Below, piece by piece: positions 27,679 to 43,069 of a DNA stretch of 64,000 bases. Below the pieces are notes generated by a model. It saw only the letters and a program-made list of their open reading frames with translations. It had not been told where the DNA came from and searched no databases. Made by a program: the position numbers and the translations under genes. Every line of letters starts with the position of its first letter. The first letter of the stretch is position 1. The DNA comes from Octopus vulgaris (lineage: Eukaryota). The stretch lies in NCBI GenBank assembly GCA_951406725.2, contig OX597822.1:107322001-107386000 (forward strand). Direction: 5' to 3'.

Positions 27679-28441
27679 GACAAACATATATACATGCAAA
27701 TATAAATATAAGCATGCGTATGTACTTGAAACAAAGCATGGGAGTTTATTTTTTACGATATTCCATTACAATCTTAACGTACGTTTCACTGACACAAAAT
27801 GATTGTTACATAATACAAATAACAATTAAGATTTATTGTCAAATCCTCAGAAATGTGTAACATTTCTATATACGAAAATTTACAGGTTAGAAATGATGAT
27901 TCAGCATTGCAGATGTGACTACCTACTGTATATATATATATATATATATGAGGACCTTATACATATACATATACATATATATATGTATATGTATATACAT
28001 ATATATCTTTATATATATACGTATGTATATGTATAACTGATTAGCCATTAGGTGCATATATTTGGTAGAAACACAAAGGAATTCAATCTCCGTCTAGTTT
28101 TGTGCACGACGTATGTGCTTTAGTATGTGTCTCCTTAAATGTATCAGGTGTTATGGATATAACAATGCTAAATATCAATAATGGGATATCAATGCTTCTT
28201 TAAGATGAATCCACTAATTGGTTCCATTAGCAACAGTTTAGAAGTGATATAAGTCAATAATGTAAAGTGCTTTCTAGATTAAAAAAGCAAATCATATGTG
28301 CGTGTGTTAGTAGGTATGTGTGTGCGTTTGTGCGTGTGTGCGTTTGTGCGTGTGTGCAGGTCTGTATGTATATATACACCCAAAATACATAAATACATAC
28401 GTATACATACCTATATATATGTGTGTGTGTGGATGTCTATG

Positions 28442-28497
<56 letters not shown>

Positions 28498-28982
28498 CAG
28501 ATTTATACATTTGTCATGATTTTTACATGCATGCATAAGTACGCACATATATACATATACATATATAAGAGGTATATATATATTATATGTATACAATATA
28601 TGAGGATGTGGTTCACAGGTGATTTAAACAAATAGGTACGCTAGGTAAGTGCTGTAACAGATTACTAGGGCTCCAAGGTCATAGCTGAGTCAGTAGGGAG
28701 ATTTTCCAAGGATGGAGATACTCAAATACATTGGCATTTATCAGTAATAAGTGATAACTGCCTGTAACATCTGAAATAGTCATAAAAGTTTGTAGATAAA
28801 CATATACTTACATACAAACAAACACATATACACATATACATATGTATATATATTTGTATGTATATATATATAGAGAGAGAGTTAGAGAGTGAGAGAGAGT
28901 GAGAGTGAGAGAGGGAGAAAGAGAGGTGTATAAAGGTTGAATGTGGATTCTTCATTTAATTGGAGGTTTCCAATTGTGTGTG

Positions 28983-29894
<912 letters not shown>

Positions 29895-29929
29895 TATATA
29901 TATATATATATGATGACCGTTCACTCGTG

Positions 29930-30165
29930 ACCGAGGGAGACTATTGCTGCCCTTTAATATCATTGTGCAATCTGCGACTAATATTTTGCATTTGTGGCTC
30001 TGTAGGTGGATAATGAGCCTCTCCTCTTGATAAACATACAAGACTGCAAAGATTGCCAAACAAGATTTCTCCATTCAATACGCTACCAGTGTGTTTTCGA
30101 GCAGCACGCTTAAATTCTTCGTGAAGAATACGTGCCTTTTCAAAGGTGTCGACTCCGTCATTAAC
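29930..30165 (-). mobile_element. RTE-like LINE 3' end
   Basis: VNDGVDTFEKARILHEEFKRAARK followed by a decayed C2H2-like C-terminus and a short 3' tail. Confidence 0.65.
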
Positions 30166-30446
30166 ATACACACACACACATTATTATATATATATATATA
30201 TATACGGTATATGTACATATATTATTTTATTAAAATAAACAGATAGTTTATGACTATGTAACTCACATATTAATGCCATATAGAAGAAAGAATATGCACT
30301 CTTCATCACATTAAATATATAAATGTTTACACACATGAGTTTTAGATCTGAGATCTTAAATATGCACACACACGAAATATAATTTAGGTAGATGCAACCG
30401 ATGGCAATAAAAACTTAGATGCGTACCTACGTGTATATATATATAT

Positions 30447-30575
<129 letters not shown>

Positions 30576-30982
30576 TGTACACAGAAACACTCAGGCATTT
30601 TCACAAACATTGTTCATAAATAGAAGTGCATGTGTTTTTAAATGAACGTAAACAGTGTAGGAAAATCGATATAATTTTCTCGTTTGGTAAAGCGAACACT
30701 TTTTCTTATACATGGAAACATAGCTCTGTGTATACATACATGAATGTGTATATTCATACATACATAAATACGTAAAAATAAACAAATACATTTCTTCATA
30801 TATACATATATATATATATATATATTTTTTTTTTTTATGCATATATATAAATGTGTACACACACACACGCACACACATATATATATACACACATGTAAAT
30901 ATCAACATAATTATATGTATACAATATGCGAATGCAAATATAAAAAAAATATCTGTACAAAGTTAAATGCATATATATATAC

Positions 30983-31013
<31 letters not shown>

Positions 31014-31056
31014 CATATATGTGTGTGCTTGTGCGTGATATATATATTTATATATG

Positions 31057-31098
<42 letters not shown>

Positions 31099-31349
31099 CA
31101 TATATAAATATATATATATACATATATATGTGGATATGTTTATATACATATAATCATGTGAAAATATTTGTGTATCTATATGTATATATATATTTGGTGA
31201 ATATATGCATAACAGTATGTAATTATGTAAGCATGGAATAAGTGCTTGTATTCATGAATATATATATATATATATATTTCTTATGTAATTAGAACACTCA
31301 TACATACATAAATGCATTTGCCGTACTATTCATTCATATCCCTCATTAC

Positions 31350-31760
31350 TACTCTTTTACTCTTTTACTTGTTTCAGTCATTTGACTGCAGCCATGCTGG
31401 AGCACCGCCTTTAGTCGAGCAAATCGACCCCAGGACTTATTCTTTGTAAGCCCAGTACTTATTCTATCGGTCTCTTTTGCCGAACCGCTAAGTGACGGGG
31501 ACGTAAACACACCAGCATTGGTTGTCAAGCAATGCTAGAGGGACAAACACAGACACACAAACATACACATACATATATATACATATACATATATACGACA
31601 GGCTTCTTTCAGTTTCCATCTACCAAATCCACTCACAAGGCATTGGTCGGCCCGGGGCTATAGCAGAAGACACTTGCCCAAGATGCCACACAGTGGGACT
31701 GAACCAGGAACCATGTGGTTGGTTAGCAAGCTACTTACCACACAGCCACTCCTGCGCCTA
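31350..31760 (-). mobile_element. SINE family A, full length
   Basis: Nearly identical to the 7006-7443 copy. Confidence 0.92.
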
Positions 31761-31878
31761 TTATATTAAATAGCATTTCTGAACCATTAATTCCATTTCC
31801 TGTAAAAATATTACATGCTTTTCTTTCCCAATCTTTCCCAAATGCATACACCCAAAAATTTTATGTGCCTGTGAGTGC

Positions 31879-32023
<145 letters not shown>

Positions 32024-32024
32024 T

Positions 32025-32420
32025 CGTGGGTGTGTGGTAAGAAGCTTGCTTCACTCCTATAGTGTTCTGGGTTCAGTCTCACAGTGTGGAACCTCGGGTA
32101 AGTGTCCTCCACTCTAGCCTGGTGTGTGGATGTGGTAAACGGAAACTGAGAGAAGACCATCATATATATATATATATATACATGAATTTGTGAATCTATG
32201 TGTATATCTTTGTATCTCCCCCCCCCATCACCACTTGACCACCGGTGTTGGTGTGTTTACGTCCCCGTAACTTAGCTGTTCGGCTAAAGAGGACGATAGA
32301 ATAAGTACAATGCTTACAAAAAATAGTAAGTCCTAATATCGATTTAATTGAATAAAATCATTCCAGCCGAAGCTCCAGCATGGCCGAATTCGAATGACTG
32401 AAAACAAATAAAAGAATAAA
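32025..32420 (+). mobile_element. SINE family A, older subfamily
   Basis: Diverged head and body. Confidence 0.75.
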
Positions 32421-32658
32421 AATAAATATGTGTGTGTGTGTGTGTGTGTGTGTCTGTGTCTCTGTGTATGTGTGTGTTTATATAACTGTTGTGTAGGTTA
32501 CACAGAAACGGTGAGTCAATCCTGGTTGCTTTGACACTACTAGATTTACAAACACAGACGATCGTAGATATCGTCACACGTACACACAGACATCCAAACA
32601 GAAACACTGGCGCTCACGTACTCATGCGCACTCATACGCAGTTACATATCCATAATCC

Positions 32659-32696
<38 letters not shown>

Positions 32697-33028
32697 AGAT
32701 ACACACACCAATAAACAGAAATATGTGTAGAATCTTTAACAGGATAGTCTTGTATGAAAGAACCTTCATGAACGCCCACGTGCTAGAGATCAAACAGCCA
32801 TTTGTATGTACGTATGTATGTATGTATGTATGTATGTATGTATATATGTATGTATGTATGCATGTATGCATGTATGTATGTATATGTCATACAAGTTGGT
32901 ATAAACACACACACACATACACACACACATGCACACACATGTATATATATATATATATATATATACATACACAAACATATGACATAAATAACTGACAAGG
33001 GAATAAGAAATTATATCATGAACCCCAT

Positions 33029-33094
33029 TAGCTTACAGCTGTTTCTGCTATAAGTTGTCATGCACTCCTAGGTGAGTACTCCTCATCGGAGCTT
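33029..33094 (-). ncRNA. Degenerate hammerhead motif
   Basis: Reverse complement: agct-CCGATGA-g...-GAAA-CAGCTG-TA-agct. Confidence 0.45.
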
Positions 33095-33470
33095 TATGCA
33101 TACATGTCTGACATAGGCAAGGAACCTAAACTTCAAAGATGCAGTCAAACTTCTCCTTGTAAATGCCTAGTGAATATATCTTCTACTGAATTGTGTTGAG
33201 CAAATTCTTCGATTCAACGGTAAGTTCTATGAATATTTAACCTGATATCAAAAGCCACAGTTATATATACAGCTTAAGGCGGTGCCGGGCAGAGTTGTTT
33301 GCACGCCGCGCAAAAATGCTGAGCGACATTTCGTCCGTCTTAAAGTTCTGGCTTCAAATTCCACCGAAGTCGACTTTGAGCTTCTCCTTTCTATGTTGAA
33401 TAAATATGTATCATTTGAGCATTAGGATAGACTTAATCGACTGGCCATGTGCCAACATTTGAGACCAATA

Positions 33471-33687
33471 CGTGGGGTTGCTGAGAAGTTCCTGGCTTTA
33501 GGTAAAAGAAAGTAGAGGAGGATAATTTAATTATGATTTTATTGAACATACAACGCTCTCAGATTCACACAGTTACTGCAACTATCCTTCAGCTTTTCAC
33601 AAACGTGTAAATGAACTTGGAAGATTTGGCTTCCAGTGAGGCCTTTTGCGACATCCTTAAAGCCAGTAACTTTTCAGCACCTCCTCG
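33471..33687 (-). mobile_element. Mariner-derived MITE
   Basis: TA-flanked TIRs cgtggggttgctgagaagttcctggcttta / taaagccagtaacttttcagcacctcctcg; minus strand keeps a transposase-like C-terminus KLKDSCSNCVNLRALYVQ*. Confidence 0.8.
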
Positions 33688-33719
33688 TATATACCAAGAC
33701 ACACACACACACATATATG

Positions 33720-33800
<81 letters not shown>

Positions 33801-33964
33801 TATATATTTAAGTAGGTGAATGAACTATCCTATGCTGACGATAACGTCAGCATGGAAAATTCGTTTAATCGAAACTTGGGTAGCAAATTCGCGTCAGAAA
33901 CACGGTTGAAGCGACCTGTCAAGGGTAGAAACTCCGGGTTCATGTGCAGAAATTTGTGTGTTGT

Positions 33965-34404
33965 ATATGAATAAATGAAAGAATGCAGTCGAAAGAAGAT
34001 GTTAACAAAATTCCTTTACTCTCGACATATGTTTCGAAGACAGCATGTTTTCATTCCAAAGGAATAAAGGGTGCATTATGCAATCTTCTCATCAGGAAAG
34101 AAAGGGAGCATCTCTCGACAACAAGACAAACAAAAATTTCGATGGTTGCCTACATGGTAAAAAAAGCGATAATGAGTCCTTTTTTAAAAAAAAAACCGTT
34201 AGAAGAATTGACGTCAAAGTTAGATAGTAGGAAGAGAAGGGATAAAGGAATAATAGGTAGGGAACAAGTGGAGAGGGAAGGGTACGTTGATTGAAAGAAT
34301 GTTCGAAGGCTTAGGAAATTACCATGAAGGCAATCATCGAAATTTTATGTCGAGAGTAAAGGAATTTTGTTAACATCTTCTTTCGACTCCATATCTTTAA
34401 TTTA

Positions 34405-34411
<7 letters not shown>
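33965..34411. mobile_element. Hammerhead-bearing element with about 70-bp terminal inverted arms
   Basis: gtcgaaagaagatgttaacaaaattcctttactctcgacata ... tatgtcgagagtaaaggaattttgttaacatcttctttcgac; ends at (TA)n. Confidence 0.85.
34019..34100 (-). ncRNA. Canonical type-I hammerhead ribozyme (GUC site)
   Basis: Reverse complement: ctttc-CTGATGA-gaaga[43 nt]tcttc-GAAA-CATATG-TC-gagag; stems I and II fully paired, palindromic stem III, all core nucleotides intact. Confidence 0.8.
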
Positions 34412-34442
<31 letters not shown>

Positions 34443-34942
34443 CACTGACACACATGCATATATGTTTCTTTATTAGCCACACAGGGCTGCACACAGACGG
34501 GACAGATTATAAAGTAGAGCTTTTCTTTTTGGGGAGTGAGAGAGAAAAAAAAAGTTGGGTAGGTTTTCGATCAAAAAGGATCTTAAAAGGGAAATAAAAA
34601 AAATAAGACACACGAGCATAGAATATGAATTATGATAAATTATATGTGCAGGCTCATCAAAAATATTACTGCTGGGGGTACTTCATTTACGGGACCCATA
34701 AAGCCCATTGTTCTTGGTTCAGTTGCTGCTTGGAGACGTTTTGAAATATAAAAATAGCTGTTGGGAAGCAGGCCGTGTGTTATACCGCCCTAACACATGG
34801 ACAATTAAGTCTGGCCCCAACATACTTGTATCTAATAATCACAATCGTCCAGCAAACATATATGAAAGTACGGTCACAGAAATCTCCACTCAATGATTTC
34901 CTGCTTGTGCGTTTTGAGTTCGTGTGTTTGATCGCGTATGTA

Positions 34943-35295
34943 TATTCTTTTATTCTTTTATTTGTTTCAATCATTTGACTGCGGCCATGCTGGAGCAACA
35001 CTTTTAGTCGAGCAAGTCGACCCCCAGGACTTATTCTTTGTAAGCCTGGTACTTATTCAATCGGTTTCTTTTGCAGAACTGCTAGTTTACGGGGACGTAG
35101 ACACACCAGCATCAGTTGTCAAGGGATGCTGGCGGGACAAACACAGGCACACAAACATATACATACATATGTACATATATATATACATGACGGGTTTCTT
35201 TCAGTTTCCGTCTACCAAATCCATTCACACGGCTTTGTTCGGCCCGAGGCTGTAGTAGAAGTTATTTGGTCAAGGTGTCACGCAGTAGGACTGAC
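34943..35295 (-). mobile_element. SINE family A, 5'-truncated
   Basis: Reverse copy. Confidence 0.85.
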
Positions 35296-35449
35296 ACACA
35301 CCTGTGTATATACTGGCATATACATATTTCTATGGATATAGAACTGTCTACTGTTATTTATGAATACGCAAGAATGTCTATTATGATATTTTAAATGCTT
35401 ATATATATACATACCTACAAACATACCTATATATATGTATAAAGATTAA

Positions 35450-35770
35450 AGACTGTTTTCGGCCACGAATGGCCATGAAATTGCACCTAAAAAGTAACCT
35501 TCCGAGGAACAAGTCCGGGTAAGGTTGTTTATGGAAGACCAGCAGTCGCCCATACACACTAGCCACCTCTCGCCATTCCGCCGTTGCTATCCAAAGGAAA
35601 GGCAAAGGCCAATACAGCTTGGCACCAGTGACGTGGCAACTCATTTCTATAGCAGAGTGAACTGGAGCAACATGACATACAGTGTTAACACCCAGCCCGG
35701 TCCAGGAGTCGAACTCACTACTGCATGATTGTGAGCCTGTTGCTTTAACCACTGAGCCATGCGCCTTCAC
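35450..35770 (-). mobile_element. CORE-like SINE with a different tail
   Basis: Reverse complement begins gtgaaggcgcatggctcagtggttaaagc and has a B box gagttcgactcc. Confidence 0.75.
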
Positions 35771-35977
35771 ATATATATACATACATAGGTCAAATCTGTA
35801 TATACATGTATACCTAGATCCATACAAAACATGAATACATAACATACACAACACACACAAACACACACATACAAACCCACACACACACATACACACATAT
35901 ATCCGTAAAAACATGTATATTCACAAGCATATTTATGTATATTTATACAAACATACAAATATATAGATATATATATT

Positions 35978-36362
35978 TTTTTTTACATTTTTCAATCATT
36001 TGACTGCGGCCATGCTGGAGCACCGCGTTTAGTCGGGCAAATCGACTCCGGGACTTATTCTTTGTAAGCCCAGCACTTATTCTATCGGTCTCTTTTGCCG
36101 AACCGCTAAGTGGCGGGGACGTAAACACACCAGCATCGGTTGTCAAGACACACAAACACACAGACACACAGACACACACACATATATACATATATACGAC
36201 AGGCTTCTTTCAGTTTCCGTATACCAAATCCACTCACAAGGCATTGGTCGGCCCGGGGCTATAGCAGAAGATACTTGCCCAAGAAGCCACGTAGTGGGAC
36301 TGAACCCGGAACCAGGTGGTTGGTATGCAAGCTACTTACCACACAGCCACTCCTGCGCCTAT
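35978..36362 (-). mobile_element. SINE family A, full length
   Basis: Reverse copy ending cactcctgcgcct. Confidence 0.9.
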
Positions 36363-36403
36363 ACGTTTATGTATACTTATATACACACATGCATCCTCCT
36401 TTA

Positions 36404-36436
<33 letters not shown>

Positions 36437-36754
36437 CTATCTATTTATCTGTCTGTCTGTCTGTCTGTCTGCCTGCCTGCCTGCCTGCCTGATTGCTTGT
36501 CTACCTGCATGTTTACTTATCTATCTTCATGTCTGCCTGTCTGTCTACCTGTCTCTCTCTACGTATCTATTCACATTTACATATATAGACATATATACAT
36601 ACAAAGTTAGGAACTTAATGCACACATTCAATCACACAGGCTCACACCTATGTACGTATGCTTGCATGTATGTATGTATGTAAGTATGTATGTGTGTGTG
36701 TTGTGTGTGTGTTGTATGTATGTATTTGTATGTATGTGTGTGTGTGTGTGTTTG

Positions 36755-36804
<50 letters not shown>

Positions 36805-36835
36805 CGCCATCCGTCTATGTATATTTACTTATCTA

Positions 36836-36911
<76 letters not shown>

Positions 36912-37215
36912 TATATTATATGCACATTATGTAAACAAACATACGTTTATTCATATAAAACTATATACGTAGTTACCGTCAACATAGAGTTGAACCATAA
37001 ATGAAACCTGTATAAGGTCGACCGTGCTGCAAGAAACAGCAGCCAATTCTTTTCAAATCACACCATACTGTTTTATAGAAGGAGATAGCAATTGGATGGT
37101 CTGTCAGTGAAGGTGATAAATTGGATTCCGAAGTAACCACGATAATAACAATACAGCCATAGTTATCTACACTTACTGTTATGTGTAGCACATTGGAATG
37201 TTAGTGTTTATGCCT

Positions 37216-37276
<61 letters not shown>

Positions 37277-37287
37277 CATATAATTAT

Positions 37288-37326
<39 letters not shown>

Positions 37327-37354
37327 TATACATATGTATATATATATATATATA

Positions 37355-37393
<39 letters not shown>

Positions 37394-37564
37394 TATATAC
37401 ATATATATATGTGTGTGTGTGTGCGTGTACGTATAATTTATATATATACATATATATATATACGTGTCTATATATATATATATATATGCGTTCATATATA
37501 TGTGAGTGTGAGCGCGTGTGTTATTATAACCACTCCAGCTCAATATACCTGTGTGTATATATAT

Positions 37565-37750
37565 TCTTTTCTTCTATTTTTCGTTTCAGTCATTTGAGTG
37601 CGGCCATGCCGGAGCACCGCCTTGAAGACTTTTAGTGGAAGAAATCGACGCCTGTAAGCCTGGGGCTTACTTCATCGGTTCCTTTTGCGGAACCACTAAT
37701 TTATGTGGACATAAACTCACTAATACCAGTTGTCAAATGATATTGGAGAT

Positions 37751-37791
<41 letters not shown>

Positions 37792-38035
37792 GGAACACAC
37801 ACTCTCAGTCTCACACCCACATACACGCACCTACTTATACGTCGGATCTTTTCTGTTTCGATAAGGTTGTCTAAAAACCCGGGTTTCTTTCAGTTTCCGT
37901 CTACCAAATCCACCCGGAAGGTTTTTGTCGGTTTGAGGCTTTTGTAGAAGACACATTGCCAAGGTGCCCCGCAGTGGGACTGAACACAGAACCATGTGAT
38001 TCAGAAGATAACTTCTTACTACACAAACATGCCAT
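37565..38035 (-). mobile_element. SINE family A, diverged
   Basis: Recognisable head and body. Confidence 0.7.
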
Positions 38036-39072
38036 AGATAGTTTTCTTCAAATGGAGTAAGTATGAGTAGAATCACACATATACACTAACGCATACTCAC
38101 ACACATATATCCACACACCCACACACGTTGGTGATATGTCGCTAAACGCACACACATTCATACACACAAACAAACATACAGCGATATATAGATAAAATGC
38201 AAATACACACACACAAGCACACACACATTTATATAGTTATATACATACATACATTCATACACACAATGAATATACAGCGATATATACATACAAATACAAA
38301 TACACACACTTACAAGCACACACACATATACTTACATACATACATACATGCAAATACAAATACACACGTATACGCACACACACAGTTATATACATACATA
38401 CCTACATACATACCTACATACATACATACATACCTACATACATACATACATACATACATACATACATACAAATACAAACACACATTTATATACATACATA
38501 CCTACATACATACCTACATACATACATACCTACATACATACATACATACATACATACATACATACATACATACAAGCACACACACATTCATACACACAAA
38601 CAAACATACAGCGATATATAGATACAAATACAAATACACTCACACGCAAACAAGCACACACATATTTATATACATACATACATACATACATACCTACCTA
38701 CTTACATACATACATACATACAGACATGCACAAAATCCACCGTACGAGTGCGCGCGCACATACATTCTCTCCCGCGTATGTACAGACGTTCACATACTTG
38801 AACATCTGAATAATGAAAGCAATCATACGAATACACCAATGTGCGCGCGTACAAACTCGTCTACAGGTACTCCAGCAGACGCACAAACACTGGTGTTCGC
38901 ATGCGCGTACGCCGAGTCATAGCGACATTCACAGCATGCAATGCCCTAGTATCAGGTTCGAACACACGTACACACTGATCGGTTTAGATGCATTTATACA
39001 CGAATAATATGTCGATTACTCGAGTCACTCACACGCCAGCGCGCGCTCATACGCGCGTCTACAGTCACGCAC

Positions 39073-39106
<34 letters not shown>

Positions 39107-39543
39107 CATACATACACAACGCACACACAGGCGCACAGAGTAACAAGTACATAGATACACACACACACATATATATATATAAATACATACATACATACTT
39201 ACACACACACACACACATATATATATAGGGAGAGTTTACGGAAAAACAAAAGACGAAGACAGGTGGTGTACAACACACAGACACACACGAACACACACAC
39301 ATATATATATACATATATATACATATATATATATGTACATATATAACGGTATACAGACATGCATAGATAGACATATATCCATATGTGTGTTTGTCTGTCA
39401 TTGTGTGTATATATGTATGTATATACGTATGTATGTATTTATGTATGTATGTATGTATGTATATATATATGTATGTATGTATTTAGCTGCCTATCACTCT
39501 ATCTATCTAAAGAGAGATGAAGATAAATAAACTAACATATGTC

Positions 39544-39591
<48 letters not shown>

Positions 39592-40293
39592 ATATACGTA
39601 CTATATATACTGTGATATAACCATGTAGTTTTGTAATTATACGCAGACACGTAATACATCCTAGTAGACATTAATAATACGTGCAGTCATAGTTAGTTGT
39701 CATATATACACCCGTTAATATTAATTACAACGTATCTCACTTACGCCTATGCGTTTTTGTGTGTGATAAATATATACTGACATGTGAGTGTATGTGTGTG
39801 TATATGTGTGTGTGAGTATGTGTTAATATGTTGGGTGTTAACATGTAGGTATTGTTATATACAAAGACAAACGTAAGCATGTTCATGGTGTATAAAATTT
39901 TGTGAAATAAACCATTCGAAGATAACAAACACTGAATATCTATTTTACGGTCGTATACCGTACGTTCCAACACATTGCTATCCAGAGATACAATGATACA
40001 GCAATACAGTAATACACACAAAGAGACATGCTTATATAAATGTATGCCTGCATGCAAATACGACTGTACGCGTGCAAACAAGACTATAGACGATCCAACA
40101 TGTGAGTCCCCGTCCAGGCGCTCGACTACTAGAAATAGCAGCTGTAGGCAATCGTCTTGAACAAAAGATAAGCACGGTGTCCAGTGATGTATCTGTTTTA
40201 TGTAGGTAGCTAGAAGAAATGAACGATGGGACGGTTGTGACTGTTGTTTCGCCTCTGATCAAAGCACTCACCAAAAATCAATAGGCTGATCTA

Positions 40294-40370
<77 letters not shown>

Positions 40371-41629
40371 CTCTCTATCCATCTACCTATCCATCTATCT
40401 GTCTGTCTGTTTATCTGTATACATACATACACACACATACATACATACATATATACATACATACACATGTATATCTACGTGTATATGCGTATATACGTAC
40501 GTGTTTATAAGCATATAAATGCAAATATCTGTATCTATAAATCGACATACATATACACAAACATATTTACCTACATATGTAACTGGGGTTTGTGTGTATG
40601 TCTGCATGTATGTATGTATGCATGTATATATGTATCTATGCATATATATATATAATACATATATATATACACACAGACACACATACACATATCCATATAC
40701 ATAAATACATATACAAATACATATATATAATTTCATGTACGTAACATACATCTATATACATAATAACCTACTTGCATGTATAACTATATACACAATTTTG
40801 TATTTCGTAAATAAATATATACATAAATATCACTGTAAACACATAGGTATATTGTTATACATACATACATACACACATGCATTTATATATACATACATTT
40901 AAAATACATACACACACACACATATATCACATATATATATATATATATATATACACACTTCTTTCATAGATAGATAGATAAATAGATAGATACTTGTATG
41001 CCAATATACATTACCAATATACAAGCAGAAATGTTTGTATATAAATATAGTTACATGCATACGTGGGTATATACATAGTCATTACATACATACATACAAA
41101 ATATTCCTAAATATATATACACAAAAAGTGACATATATGCATACATGTAAACATAGTTATATATATATATATATATATATATTGAAATTATCTACATTCT
41201 GAAATGTTTGTATCATAAAGTTACATCCAGTCAAACATAAATACATAACCTATAAACCTACCTATATACATACATGCATATGTGCATATAATTACATACA
41301 TAAACACATACGTATATATATATACATATATACATATATATATACTTAGAGACATACATATGTACATACAAACATTTTTGCACTGAAATAAACATACTGT
41401 TGTGAAGCGTTTCAGTAAAGTGCCGGACCCTCAGAGTCCGTGAAAACACTCCACTCGAGTCACCCTACTAAAAGCGTTATTTTATGGTCTTACTTTACAA
41501 AATCTTATCTTGTGTTCTATAATGACAAATACGTCGTTATCAGCCTCATCATCAGCATCATCATCATCATCCTCACCATCAACCTCATCATCATCATCAC
41601 CATCATTATTATAAATTAGAGTAACCTAC

Positions 41630-41667
41630 CATAAATAGATGATTGCCTTCACAGAGCTGGCTGGCAT
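41630..41667 (-). CDS. Candidate first coding exon, MPASSVKAIIYL(W/C)..., product unknown
   Basis: caacaATG start context and TG|GTAGGT donor at 41629; the alternative upstream ATG at 41680 gives MHHNNASQLCEGNHLFM in phase 0; lies in a SINE-free zone; no downstream exon identified. Confidence 0.4.
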
Positions 41668-41688
41668 TGTTGTGATGCATCTAGTATA

Positions 41689-41728
<40 letters not shown>

Positions 41729-42158
41729 TGCACGTAACCGTTTATATATAAATATATATATACATCTATCTATCTACATACATATATATATATATTTATA
41801 TGCATTCATATAGTTTATCCCTCATCTCGCTGGCACATTTTTCCACCGTCTTTTGTTGTGATATCTGTCTATTCTCGGCTCGGTTGTAATGGTTCTTCCA
41901 GTTCCGATGTAGGAATCACTCAAGCTGTCTATAATGTTTTGCTCGTGTAAGATCAGCTTCCATTCATTCTTCGGTTGCTTTTCTCTTCTTATTCTCTTCC
42001 TCCCCGCTGTTGGTTTGGTCCCGTATTTTTTTTTGTTCTGTTTTGTTTTCGTTTGGTTATTTTCTTTCTTTCTTTTTTTATTTATTTTTTCGCAGAGACT
42101 TTCTTGTTTATTTTGGTCTTCGTTTGTTAAGATAATTTAAATAATAGTTGTAATAATA

Positions 42159-42231
<73 letters not shown>

Positions 42232-42500
42232 TAATACCAATAATAATAATAATAATAAGAAGAAGAATAATACCCAAACAGGCGAAACGTAGGAGCTGCA
42301 GTTAAAGCTTCTACAGGTTAAGTGAATCCTTGACTTGTTACTTAACCGGTACTGCTCGAGAGACAGAGGAAAGAGGGGGAGTAGTTAGAGATGGAGAGTG
42401 AGTTAGAGATGCAAAGAGAGAGATATATATATATATCTATGGAGAGAAAGAAGAGAGAAGAGAGAAGAGTAAGAAGAGTAAGATGAGTAAAAGAGAGAGC
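41668..42500 (-). promoter_or_regulatory. Candidate 5' UTR and pyrimidine-rich promoter of the putative gene
   Basis: Unique sequence blocks interleaved with (TTA)n and A-rich runs, preceded by a CT-rich tract; inference only. Confidence 0.3.
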
Positions 42501-42532
42501 GAGAGAGCCTGATGTATTTATATATCTTTGTT

Positions 42533-42567
<35 letters not shown>

Positions 42568-42619
42568 GTGTGTATGTGTATGCCTGTGTACGCGCATGTG
42601 TTGTGTAAATATGCGTTTG

Positions 42620-42734
<115 letters not shown>

Positions 42735-43069
42735 TTTTACAGAGGGTGAGAGAGAGAGAGAGAGAGAGACGTAGAGAGACAGTGTGATGGATAGAGAGGG
42801 AAAACGATAGGTAGGTGGAAAACGAGGAAATAGAGAGAGAGAGATAAGGAGAGAGAAAGAGATTTTATGTGATGAGGGAGTATATGGATAACAAGATATG
42901 GAGAAGGTTATGGAGAGAGAGAGAGAGAGGGGGAGAAAGAGAGAAAGAAAGGAAGATTATGAGAAAGAGACCAAACTAACGGAGACACTGATAGACAGAC
43001 GGACAGATAAACAGCTTGTTATGACAGATAGTCCGATGGATCAGTGGCTACAGAGCCAGCTTAATAGGT

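Noticed and set aside
42288-42300. 13-mer cgtaggagctgca also present in reverse near 51340
   Set aside because: A match of this length is expected by chance in 64 kb
42096-42316. Plus-strand exon (strong acceptor at 42095, CAG|GTTAAG)
   Set aside because: The donor is weak and the content is mostly (AAT)n; the T-tract is also explained by an A-rich minus-strand UTR. Not excluded without RNA data
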